Assembly: GCF_000743755.1 (NCBI RefSeq)
Contig: NW_014569530.1
Span: 1 to 64,000 of the forward strand
Length of the DNA: 64,000 nucleotides
Direction of reading: 5' to 3'
Source of the DNA: Blastocystis sp. subtype 4
Lineage: Eukaryota
A program made the position numbers and the translations under genes. Under the pieces are notes generated by a model. The model searched no databases, had not been told where the DNA came from, and saw only the letters and a program-made list of their open reading frames with translations. Below are positions 1 through 11,628 of the stretch, one piece after another. How positions within the stretch are numbered: position 1 is the first letter of the stretch; every line of letters begins with the position of its first letter.

Positions 1-157
1 CCAGCATCACCATCCATCTCTCCTGTGTCAACTCGATCACGATGTCGATAAGACTTGGTTGATACCACATTACTGTCTGCAATCTCACTGGATTCCACAT
101 CTTCATCACTTTCTATCAACAAACAACACAACATATTTATACACTCACGATATAAGA

Positions 158-3151
158 TTAATGAGATACTGCTGGAGGTGCAGCATGATGAGATGAATGT
201 GTTCTCGACTGTCCAGAAGACCTCTCAGGAACAACAGTATTTGGTAATGGAGCAGGAACCTTCGGAGGAGCTACAACAGGAAGTCTAATATTGTTAGCCA
301 ACACACTTGGTCGCTCCTGACGACGGTTATGATTGTTTATCGCAATAATAACCACAATTAAGATCAGAATCACAATAATAATCAACGCAAATACTAGAAT
401 CCAGAAGAAATACGAAGTATCCTCTTCAACTGTTGGGTCCAAAATTGTGGGATTTAATGGATTGATAGAATTAATGAGCTGGACTGATGAATGATCGAAA
501 TCACCTGTGATCACGAGAGAATAGGACTGTTTCTCAAGATATGTTATCAATCCTACTTGAATAAACGAATTCAATGAATATGCTGTTACTCTTACAGCCA
601 CAGTATAATTTGAGGTTCCTTCTAACACAGTTCCAATCTCCGTAGCTGATAGTGATACCACCTCCACATTGTCGATATGATTCTCTCTACAGATCACTTT
701 GAATCAGTTAATCTACGTTTTCGGATACACGACATTGGGTCCCAGGAACCAGATCTTCAGATCCAAATCATTAACAAGGACAGATGAAGAGGAGGATTCT
801 GCAGCTGGATCAGTCCAAACTAGAGTAGCCTTCAATGAAGATACCGAGTACAATAAAGGAACTATTTCTGGAATGACAAAAATCAGGATATTTTCAAATT
901 AAAGAGATAGTTTACAACAAATGTAGGTGAGTCTGCTCGATTATTGTTTAGATACAGATCCCAGGCAGTATTCTCCTCGAAATGAAGCACTCTATTCTTT
1001 ATGAATTCTCAGATCATTACGTATCCAACTGAACACGTCCATGTCCTTGAATGGTATTAGGAGAACGTGTTAGGGTTTTGCACGTAGTCCGTGTACAGTA
1101 TCCTTTGAGAGTCACAGATGAATGAACCAACATTGCTTTGATAAGAGAAGCTTTCACTTCAATTGATTCATCATATCCTCCTTCATTCAGATACTGAACC
1201 AGAATAGCAGCCGCTCCTGCAACTGATGGAGTAGCCATTGATGTGATGTTAATGAACCCATGCATCATGAGTAAATGGATATGTACCATGCAGAATTACC
1301 ACATCATCATGATTATTGCATGAATTCCCGCAATCTGTAGCAGAGAGAGATTTGGCTGATTTCATTGTACCAACCATACAAACATCAGGTTTGATACGAC
1401 CTGATGAAGGACCACGAGAGGAATAACTTGCAACATAAGAATGATCTTTCCTCTCACTTTGAGGTGCATATGTGGCTCCCACGGTTATTACGTTCTTTGA
1501 GAGACCAGGAGAAGCAACAGTATCTGAACTAGAAATCAATTCATTACCCATAAATATGACCCATCTTCACCTTCGTTTCCAGCAGCAAAGATAATCACAC
1601 AATCATCATGTGCGTAACTAATCATTCATTCTTCTCTTCATATATACACAAATTGATCAGTATATTGACAAGAACTATCATACGATGTCGATTCAAATCC
1701 CCAGCTATTGCTGATGATCTTCACATTGTAATCATAACTACAAATATCAATGTATTTCCATTTGTACAAGACAGGATAGTAATAATCTTGAAGATACCGT
1801 GGAATATATGTTTTCCCATCACTTCCTTCAGTATCGAAGATCATCAGTTTTGCATCATAAGCGATTCCCTGGTGATCATTATTGAATTCAACGAAATACA
1901 TCATATTGACTAACACTATCGAGAATACTTTGACCAGCGATGATTCCTGCAACATGGGTTCCATGACCAGATGTCTCCAATTCTTCGTTGTCCATGTAAT
2001 TGTAATACAGAATCACCTTGCGGTGATTTGTATCAGGAAACAATTTTCCATATCTGACACTATGATACGGATCATAGAAGAATGTTGATTGCACATCCAA
2101 TCCTGTATCACCCACACCTACTACAATACCTGAGCCATCTGTGATTAAGGAATGTACTCAGAATGACAATATGGATATGTAAATTGTGTTTGCTTAGAAT
2201 GGTTCGAGTTTCATCACCCTTGTACTGTCCATCGGCGATCACTTCTTTTGCCATATCATTCAATTGTCCTAATATGAACACTAATGATTCAAATGTACTC
2301 AGATAGAAGTAATTAGGACGTTGCATAATGTCTACCTTGGAAATAGAACTAGAATCAGTAACTGCTGAGAGAATGTTCAGAAGTGGCAAAGCAGGACCTT
2401 TAAGCATTACATTCTTTACGGTCTCATGCTCTGAGAGTCTTCGTGTTGTCACTTTCTCATCTGAATACTCTGACATCTCAATGTTGTTAAGAGCAATATA
2501 GTCATTCAGAGAGAGAAAACCCTTTGTACTCGAAGTTGACTCCTTATGGGCAACTACAGAACTGAGATACTCCATCACATTTTGCTGATCAGGTATCTTG
2601 TTTGATACATCAGGAACTATTACTGATGTAAGTGATGACGCAATATCCTTTTCCTGAAACAGATCAATCAGCAATTCCAATGAAGCATCTCCATTCTTCA
2701 AAGACTTCTCGGCTTTGGAGAAGGTGTTCATACTAATCTTTCCAAGAAGAGGAACTTGGAAATACTGTTTGATGTACAATCGAAGTGACGGAACGAGGAA
2801 CTGTGATGGTTTACATGTAAGATACACACTTCGATTCTGTCCACCGATAAATTCCACTACAATAGATGAATTGTTAACATCGTCAGGTAAGGCCGTAACG
2901 AGATCATAAACAAAGTACCCATCATTTGTATAAATGAAGTACTTGTCGAATATGTCCTGTTCATTTGATATGCTAGTTGTAGACTCTCGTACATCCTACA
3001 AATTATGGAAATACATTACAATACGAACGAGTAACTGAACAATAGAATCTTTGGACTGATAATGTAATGGTGTTGATGTGTACTGAAGAAAGGATTCAAT
3101 GGCTTCCTTCTGCGCAAAACAAAATGAAAGTAACAATAAAAATAGTATCAT
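158..3151 (-). CDS. Membrane-anchored subtilisin-like serine protease (S8; KP-43/TagC-like), multi-exon
   Basis: Signal peptide MILFLLLLSFCFA; after splicing, catalytic motifs VGVGDTG, GHGTHVAG, IFAAGNEG and HGTSMATPSVAG; also SSRGP..RIKPD, GHGRVQL, KATLVWTDP; C-terminal TM FFWILVFALIIIVILILIVVII. The 3' end could extend further. Confidence 0.92.
848..891 (-). other. U12-type AT-AC intron (44 nt) in subtilisin gene
   Basis: ATATCCTGAT...TTCCTTTATTGTAC; removal joins YLFNLK to SVSSLKATLVWTDP in frame. Confidence 0.85.
1243..1282 (-). other. U12-type AT-AC intron (40 nt) inside the catalytic GTSM motif
   Basis: ATATCCATTT...TTCATTAACATCAC; removal gives GGT ACA TCA ATG GCT ACT CCA = GTSMATP; no GT-AG alternative restores the motif. 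Confidence 0.92.
2139..2178 (-). other. U12-type AT-AG intron (40 nt) just before the catalytic Asp motif
   Basis: ATATCCATAT...TTCCTTAATCACAG; removal gives KHNLHGSGIVVGVGDTG; ending at the AC 2 nt earlier would break the frame. Confidence 0.85.
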
Positions 3152-3292
3152 TAAAAAACATAAAAATGTTAGAAAACTGAACACTCGGTTTTTGTAACGA
3201 ACACAATCTACGAAGTGTTACTGTGAATACGTCCAGCGTTCTTTCAAACAAAGAATTCGAAAGTGATTCAAAACACATTCCAGTAAATGACA

Positions 3293-4593
3293 TCATTTCT
3301 TCGCCTTCTTCATCAACCGTTTCACCGCATTAATACTATTCATATTTAACGATGCTTTACGACCCATAAAGCTTAGATTCATTGATTTCTTCTCTTTCTT
3401 TTCTCCTTCCTTCTTCTCCTTTTGGGGTTTTTCTTTGGCGATCTTCTCTTTCTTCTCCTTCGGCAACTTTTCCTTCTTTTCCTCTTTCGATGTCTCCTCC
3501 TTCTTCATTTTCTCAATTACCTTCTTAGCAGCATCACGATTCTGAGGAGTTGGCTTTCCGATTCTCGACTGCTTCTTTCCATTCTTACGACCATTCCGAG
3601 CAGCATCTCGTTCCTTCTGCTTCTCAATAGCTACTGGATTGGACAAATACCGTGTCACACGAATTTCTCGATCTCCAAACTTTGAATTGTTCAATAATAA
3701 TGCGAGAGGCATGTAAATACCAGACTACAAGTTAGATACGATAATCACATTAACCGTTAACACCACATATCCAATACCCTTTCCTCGCTGAGTATCCTTA
3801 GTACGAATCAGACGAACACTCTGAACCATAGTCTCTTGATTCTTGAGTCCATTGCGAGTTTTCTGTTCTTGCATTCCTTTCTCAAAGAATTCTCGAAGCT
3901 CCTCTTCATCACACTTGAAAGGGAGATTACCGACAAAGAGAGTTCGGCTGTTGGCATCTTTGTCAGTGTGTTCCTTCTTTCCTACAGTATCTACCACAAT
4001 GTGACGACCTAGAAGGACGGTATTATTCAGTGACAGAGCTTTCGCCACAGAATCCTTGTTTTCAAATACGATATAGGCATTCACCGACTTCTTTTCATCG
4101 CTGAGTTTATTCTGAATTATAGCAGCTTTCTTTAACAATTTCTTATCAAAACTGCTGATCGGAGTTGATTCTACACTAATGCTGCGGAAACGAAGAGTCT
4201 TCACTTCTCCAAACACTGAAAAGGCTTTCTTCAACGTTTGAGGTTTCGCAATAATATCAGCTACAAGTTAGTGGTTTCATTGAAACCAACTTGGTAGATT
4301 TCCAACAAAGACAGTAAAATCGTCCTGAGCATGCTTGTTGACAGGCTTTTTCTTCTCTATCTTTGTCACTGGAGTTGGATTGCTTGGAATTGCAGGTTCC
4401 GATGGTTTCGAGAATTTCACTTTGTTTGCATCCGAGAACAATGATGTTGAGGGAGGAAGAGTCACAGGTTCTTCTTTCCTCGATTTTTCCTCCCCTTTCG
4501 TCTTCTTTTCTTTCTTTGCCTTCTTTGAAACTTCTAGTTCGGGAGATGGAGTGCTGAAACATGATCTTATCACCACCGAACTTACTTAGCCAT
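3293..4593 (-). CDS. Nucleolar 2-RRM protein, RBM34/Nop12-like
   Basis: RRM1 TVFVGNLP...FGEVKTLRFRS...NAYIVF; RRM2 TLFVGNLPF...GKGIGYV; Lys-rich termini. Confidence 0.85.
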
Positions 4594-4725
4594 TTCTTTA
4601 TTTGAAACCGAAGATTCCGACTGTTTAGTATGTTTGACCATTCCTAAACTCTGACAGTAGGTTAGTTTTTGAGAACAATGAAATGAAAGTTTGATAAAAA
4701 CCCGATCCTTGAAAACAAACACCCA

Positions 4726-7700
4726 TTAATATCCAAATTGACTACTATTTCGATTAAATGGAATTCCTGGAGCACTCGACGCAGAAGATGGATACATCGA
4801 AGACATGTTCATTCTAGCAGGAGCCTGATAAGATTGGGTAGGATAGATAGGAGTTCTAGGAATATATGAATCAACCATTTGCATTGATGGATCTATCGAT
4901 GAACTAAAGGAACTCGTCTCATTAGGTGAATATGTCATATCTACAATCAACGTCAACAATAAATTGTTACACTTATCAGAATAGTTTTGTGAATACGGAA
5001 ATGACCTAGTTCTGATTCACGTATCCTTTGCTTACCAGTTTGCTGACTCAGGAATCGATTGTTGGAGAGTCTGTTGAAGTAACTGAGAAGGTGGAGCAGA
5101 ATAGTCCTCTGGGCCATCACAACCCTTTAGTGACATAGCCATCGAAGAGGCCTCATCTCCCTGAGAAGGTTCAATGACTTCTGAGTCGATCGGAGACATC
5201 TGGTTTAGGATCATTGTAATCACCGCACCCTCAGGAGGCAGAATGGGAGTGTTATCGACTATCGGAGGTGATCTGATAGACTCATTATCCGTTAGGGCCC
5301 AAGGATCTGGTCGAGCGAGAACTTGCCGAAGTGATACGAATGGTCGCGTTTCGTGGAATTCCCGTGCTCGCTTCCGTTCAGGTAGAGGAGGCAAATCAGG
5401 CTTCTCACGCCGTTCACCCAAGAGGAACCGATTTATTCGCTGGATATCAGGACGAATGACTCGTTTCTTCGTCTCTAGAGTATCTGCGGAAGGAGGCTGA
5501 GGTTGCAGTGACTCAGATGGAACAGGTTTTGATTGATCTTCAACCTTCTCAGGCGTTATTGGATTGATTATAGTCTTGCTAGCTCCTTGGTCATCACTGG
5601 ATTGAATTGGATTCACATTTACTGAGACCTGCTTTGGAGGAGTCTGATCAGTAACAGATTTCACTTCCTTTAGAGAAGTCGGAGGATTCTCCACCTCCTT
5701 CTTCTTACTTCGTTTCTTTTTCTTCTTCTTCTTTCCAGTCTCATTTGTTGATATGTCCTCACTCAACAATGAAGCAGCAACACGATCAGCCTCTTCTTCC
5801 TTCTGATGCATTTGAAATGCATAGTCCATTCGATCACATAACAACCAACAGAAGAACAAACGGAATCTCTCCAAACAGCATGCACTGAGAGTTTCATCAA
5901 AGGATGATGATTCATATTGAATCTCTTCACAGAACAGAAAAGATGATTCGTAAGAAGTGGGAGGATCCACTACAGTGTCATATTCTGAAGCTGCTTCAAC
6001 GATTCCCGATAGAGTCTTCTTATTGATCTTTGATACATCAATAAAAAAGAGAGATCCTTCTCGAATTATTATCCATGAAGGAACCGCGGGAATCAATGAA
6101 TTCCAATTTAACAATACATAACGAATAACAAACCAATAAACACTTTCTCGCGCCTGACACAGAATATCCTTAAATTCCATTGTCAATATTCCGTGTTTAT
6201 CTGATTCTGGAAGTAACTCCCAGAATTGTTTGAAGACTGTGGATTGCAAATCCTTGACAATTTGTTGGTGATGTCCATAGATATTACTATTGATTTGTCG
6301 TTGCGCAGCAGATGGACGCAAGACATATGTTGTGACTTCTCGCTCAGCAAGGAACTGCTGTTGGAGTTGCATTCTACTATAATACTCCCCAAGGATCCAT
6401 ACGCACAATAGTCAACAGGAACTGAAGCTACATACACTGATTTGGCTCCTGCTTTCCTGTTGGTAAGAGAGTTTACAATAGTCACAGCGATGTCTTTCGG
6501 AATTCCTTCCAAAGGAGATAGATTCATCTGCTTTTTGTTCAATAACATGTGGATAGTTGGATCATCCAATCGAGTCGATGGTAACGAAGCAAAATAACCC
6601 TCAGGCAATGTTGGGAAATTGAGGGATGGATTGTGAATACACAGACCTCGATACAAATCTAAGAATAATTCTTTCTTCATAGCATAATCAGGAATATGAT
6701 TCAGCATGATTAACTCCAGAATAGTAATGAACAAGCTAGCAGGACTTTGAGTCATACTTATTCCTCTATTCATCAACTCTTTCTCATCACTCCAACTTTG
6801 ATGACAACTTCTCATGGTATACTTCTTCATATGCCTGTACAATCATACTACGCAGATTCTTTTCTGTATCTTTCACTTTCTCTATTGGATCAGGATTACA
6901 TGTGAGTCCTTTCGACAGAACAAAGAAGCAAGCAAAGAAGAGAGACTCTGTGAGTATATTAACCTCCAAACGCTCTGGATGATGTTGCATAATGCAGTCA
7001 TATTCTCGTTGTAATAGAATCATCCGTTCAGTAGTCTTGATTATCAAGAACTCAATAACCATACAGTGAGGAACTCAAATGGGAAAATCATGAATTCAGC
7101 GACTCCGTTGGCTACAAACTTCATAATATTAGCTCCTAAGAATGAAAAAGGAATAATAGGAATACCCAGAGCAAAGAGATTCAACAATGTTGGTGATTGA
7201 ATCAGGAAGGAGGTTACTGTTAGGAATGGTGATACCAATTGTGTGAGATATCTAAGTCTATTACTAGAATTCAGAGTATGAGTGAATGAAGACTTTGTAA
7301 GAATCATTCTCTGGATTGTCATGTCTGTCGTAGTATCAATTGGACAGCGATTTTCATGATTCTTAAGAGTTAATTGACAATTTGCATTGAGAAGAAGAGA
7401 AACAACTTCGTGATTGTTTTGACTACACGCAAAGTGTATGGCTGCATTCCCATCATAACTATACCTCACACTTCATACTCTTATTTACTCTTGCTTATCC
7501 ACATTTGCTTTCATTCGAAGAAGAGTTGACACAATTGTAGGAGTACCAACGATACATGCAATCATCACTACTCATCATTCTTTTTATCCATATCAACAAG
7601 ATGTCATTCCACAATTATTCTCTTGATCTACTGGAATTCCATAAGTAACCAGCTTTTCGATGATCTCCTGATTGCCACTCCAGCAGGCTCTATTTCTCAT

Positions 7701-8823
7701 ATATACTCCCTATAATTACCTATGCAAGGCAGTATCACCGTTACTATTGGTACTGAAGACATCAACGCCTGAGTCGATAAGATATTGAGCAACATCATTT
7801 GCATGATCATTTACAGAAATAATCAGAGCTGTGGCTCCATCCATATAATTCAGACTCGATTGTGAAAAGAATTCCGATGTGCAATTAATGTCAATTCCAG
7901 CATTGAGTGCTTTTGTGACATATGCAAGGTCACTAGGGTGAATATCAGAAATTGTTCATACTTGCGACGTGCTGCCAAAAGAAACCTTGTTTCTGGACGA
8001 AGTGTTGCAGTAGGAGCAGGAAGGACGCGAATAACCATATTCAGCGTTCCATCAAGAAGAAGAGGATGTTCCGAATTGAAAATATCTGCAAACGACACTA
8101 CATTTCCGAATTTATAGGTATCAGTATTTCTACACCTGACCCTTCATTTACAAACTTACCCATCAAAAAGAATAGGAAAGGAAGTGAATGTATGAGAATG
8201 GTTCTCGTTATCTTGCGGAAAAGTGACTTGAAAGAGAACAAAACGAAATGAAGGAATTCGACTTCCCTCACCATGCCCCCGATCACTATAACACATATTA
8301 CTAAAGATAAGTGGATCCGTATGATTAAACAGAGAGAGGAAGAACTCGGGAGATTTAGGATCTTGAGTTGTTTCATTGTAATTGTGAGACACCACAAATG
8401 TCCATCGTTTAGACACTTCAAATGAAGGGAATTGTTCCGGGGACATCACTAAATTCAAAGGTCAATCCAACCAGTACTTGTACCACACTTTATTATTGAA
8501 GCAAAATTGGGGATCGATACAGCGATAGCAAGCGAGTATTCCATAGGATCGTCCCCAAGATCAGAAGTCTTGGGTAGGGAATCATCTTTAATCACTTTCC
8601 TTATAAGAACACATCGATTCATACCTGTAGCTGTAATCTTTGGCTTCCGAATCAGATCGGAAAATGCTGCTTGGGATTTAATATCAAATTCATCTTCGTA
8701 GTCCGATGTGAGATTGGGTTCCACATCATGGACCTCTTGGACCACTTTTTTAGGAGCGGGTCCTTTAACCGCTTTCCTCTTTCCTAGATTTTAATTCTAC
8801 AAATATTCCAGGTTACTTGCCAT
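4726..8823 (-). CDS. Large protein with MATH-like N-terminal region, ankyrin repeats and low-complexity C-terminus
   Basis: Ankyrin motifs DGATALI, NGDTALH, GMTSLMIAC, DGNAAIHFAC; MATH-like strand pattern ending LLLDGTLNMVIRV; poly-Lys stretch; exons join through ~30-nt GT-AG introns. Confidence 0.7.
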
Positions 8824-9035
8824 TCAAGTTATCAGCACCTGTTGCAACTATATCTCTGGACTAGAAAACTCTCTCAATACCAAAGAATAGTCAAATAATC
8901 GATCTAATTCCTGTTTCTGTAGAAAGACGACTTGTATTATTCACCGCGGGAATTGGTCCGAACATAGAACTGTGGTTCGTTGCATTCATTCTCTCTCAAT
9001 TTGGGAATTACTACCACGAAAAATATTATTTGATC

Positions 9036-10694
9036 ATGGAAGTATCCTTGGCAACTGTGTGTACTGATAAGAGAGAGTAATATCTAGCTTCAAGGGTTTG
9101 ACAGCAATCCTGTTGGGATGGGATCGACAGAATCCTACAATCCGTTAAGAGTACGTTTGTTAGATTCGGCTTATGCCTTTAGGTTTCTGATGTTGATGAT
9201 CGTGTCTATAGCCACAGTGGATATGGAGTCTCACCGTTTACAGATACAACAACGAAACTCGATCGAGAGGGTTATAGTGATGCGGACTTTCTTGAGTCTT
9301 CTACCAACATAGCCTATCCGACTCGTGGTATTTCTGATAATGGGTTATTACCTCTAAAGATACCGGATTCTTTGTAGGTGGTTATGAATTGTATTGATTT
9401 TAGAGTCGCTGATTCTAGAGTTAGTGGTCCGACTACGCCAACGTTGAATCGTCATTCTTTCGTTGACGCCTCTGAACCCTTTTCACGTCAACCTCGTTTC
9501 CCTTCTGGTTCCTTTTCTGACTTATACAAGTCAGATCTCAGTTACGACGGAAGCGAACGAGGACTTCGGTCTCATGCGTTTTATTCTTCAACGGGTTTTG
9601 ATACTACTGATCTCTTATCTGCGAATTTTATCAGTGAAGGATCGTTTCCCTGTGGTCCTTCTTCGTTAGATCTCTCGGCTCCTTTGGGTTCCTATTCAGT
9701 GAATCTTCACTCTTCCCGTGGTTTTTCTCTTTATGGACCGGATGCATCTTTGGGTACTCCTTCTAGAGAGAGACTTCATCCAGATCCTTTTTTGTTTGAC
9801 ACGTCTCTCTCTTCACAGTCGTTCTCATCAAATCGTCCTGCCCCTCCTCTGCCTTGCTCTCTCACAGAAAAGTCAGGATCACCTCAGGGACCTACCAGAG
9901 GTTCTCCTCCTCCTCTCCCTCCTCGTTCATATCTCGTTGGGAATGATCGTGAGGCATACAGTGCAGCTGAAGGATTCTTTGGAAGTGCATCCATGTCGCA
10001 TCTCCGGGATATCCCTGATCGACGTGCCTCGTTACCTGGCATCTGGAGTCATTCCATTCCTTCTGTATCAGGCGACGCATCTTCGCCTCACTCTGTCCAG
10101 TTGACTGCGTCTGCTGCTCCTTTCGTGGCTCCAACAACTTCACTTGGTAGCAAGGATGATGAGGCCAAGCGAGAACCAGAAGTGAAGGATCCTCGTCGTA
10201 CAGACTCGTCAACTACTGAGCGAAAGAAAGGAGCTGGCGAAGATGTGGATATTGCAAAGTTACGTAGTGGTGAAGAGACTCGTTCTGCTGTGATGATTCG
10301 CAATATTCCAAATCGTTTTTCACCTGAAGAATTAGGAGAGATTTTGGATCCATATGTGAAGGGTATAGGAATGATAGGAGAGTGAGTCATAGGGAAGTAT
10401 TCCATTATCAACATGCCTCTGGATAGTAAAACACATCGGAATCTAGGTTACAGCTTCATTCAATTTAACTCAGTTCAGGATCTGATTGTAGCATATGAGA
10501 ATGTGAGGATAAGAAGAGAGAGTGATTAGTAGTTGCAAGGAAAGACATGGCCTCGTTCTGAGAGTGTTAAGAAGTGCAGATTCTGTTATGCCAAAATTCA
10601 AGGAGATCCAAATGCTGTGAATGCAGAATCGAACGGAATGGCAAACAACGGAATTCGACTGAGAGGTTCAGACGAAGGGAAAGGAAAGCATTGA
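9036..10694 (+). CDS. Mei2-like RNA-binding protein (C-terminal Mei2-type RRM)
   Basis: Spliced ETRSAVMIRNIPNRF...INMPLDSKTHRNLGYSFIQF...W..SESVKKCRFCYAKIQG matches the Mei2 RRM3 signature; long Ser/Pro-rich N-terminus. Confidence 0.88.
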
Positions 10695-10784
10695 TGCTTA
10701 ACATCTTTCTCAGTTTTGTACGTTTTTTGGCATGCAGGTGCTTTTATTTATCTGCCTGCGCTCTATATTCTGTTTGTTAAAATC

Positions 10785-11453
10785 ATGTATCAGAAGGTTG
10801 TCTCTGTGTTTTGTGCCTCTAGGTGGAGTATGAAGAATGTAGTCATCATTGTAGGCCAACCGAAGCACAATACAATGCTGCTCTTGAATTAGGACAACTT
10901 CTCGCTGAAAACCATTTCACAATTATATCCATGGGTTTTGAATCGTTTGAGGTTTCTTAACAGTACATGAATGGTGGAAATGGAGGCTGTATGGAAGCAA
11001 TGGCAATTGGATGTAGACGAGTCAAAGATAGCAGATGCATTGGTGTTACGGTTCCAACTGATTTACCTGTGGAATCCACTCCTTATGTCACTGAGACCAT
11101 CCAAGCAGCCAACATGTTGGATCGTATCAATATTCTTTGTACTAGAAGTGACATCATTGTTGCACTTCCTGGATATCTTGGTACTTTGAATGAGATAATG
11201 ATGGCTATTACTTTTAATTATATTACGGACTCGAATGGACGGCCCAAGAAGAGGATGTTTGTTTCTCGTCAACCATGGGAACCAATTTGGAAGTCTGTTT
11301 GTGATGAACTGAATGCAAGAATGGAATGTAATTATGATTAGTAGGTATCCGAGAATCATCGATCTTTAGTGGATTTCTTTGATTCTGTACCTATTCAAAA
11401 GTGATCATAACTGATAGAATGAAGAATTAATCCAGATGCTTAAGGATTGTTAA
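10785..11453 (+). CDS. LOG-family (lysine-decarboxylase-like) nucleotide phosphoribohydrolase
   Basis: VSVFCAS, ELGQLLAENHFTI-MNGGNGGCMEA, IGVT, MLDRI, DIIVALPGYLGTLNEI (variant of PGGxGTxxE). Confidence 0.88.
10925..10966 (+). other. U12-type AT-AC intron (42 nt) in LOG gene
   Basis: ATATCCATGG...TTTCTTAACAGTAC; contains an in-frame TAA; removal joins HFTI to MNGGNGG. Confidence 0.9.
11315..11344 (+). other. GC-AG intron (30 nt) in LOG gene
   Basis: GCAAGA...ATTAGTAG; removal deletes two in-frame TAG and joins DELN to VSENHRSLVDFFD. Confidence 0.7.
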
Positions 11454-11628
11454 CGTTAGGATTCTTTCTAGATTCTTGATTACCATTACTATACTTTATT
11501 CTTACTGTTTCCTCAACACACTGATACATGTCAAATGATTACACTTGTCAATGAATTCCCGCGGGTAACTGGCTGACAAATGGCTTCAGATGAGGAGCCA
11601 ATTATTCTTTTCTCATTATAGTTTTTCA

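Noticed and set aside
1..157. Coding-like sequence at the window start
   Set aside because: Cannot distinguish an extra subtilisin exon from the end or start of a neighbouring gene
9042..9087. GTATCCTTG as a U12 donor in the Mei2-like gene
   Set aside because: No TCCTTAAC-like branch point; an ordinary 31-nt GT-AG intron gives the same frame
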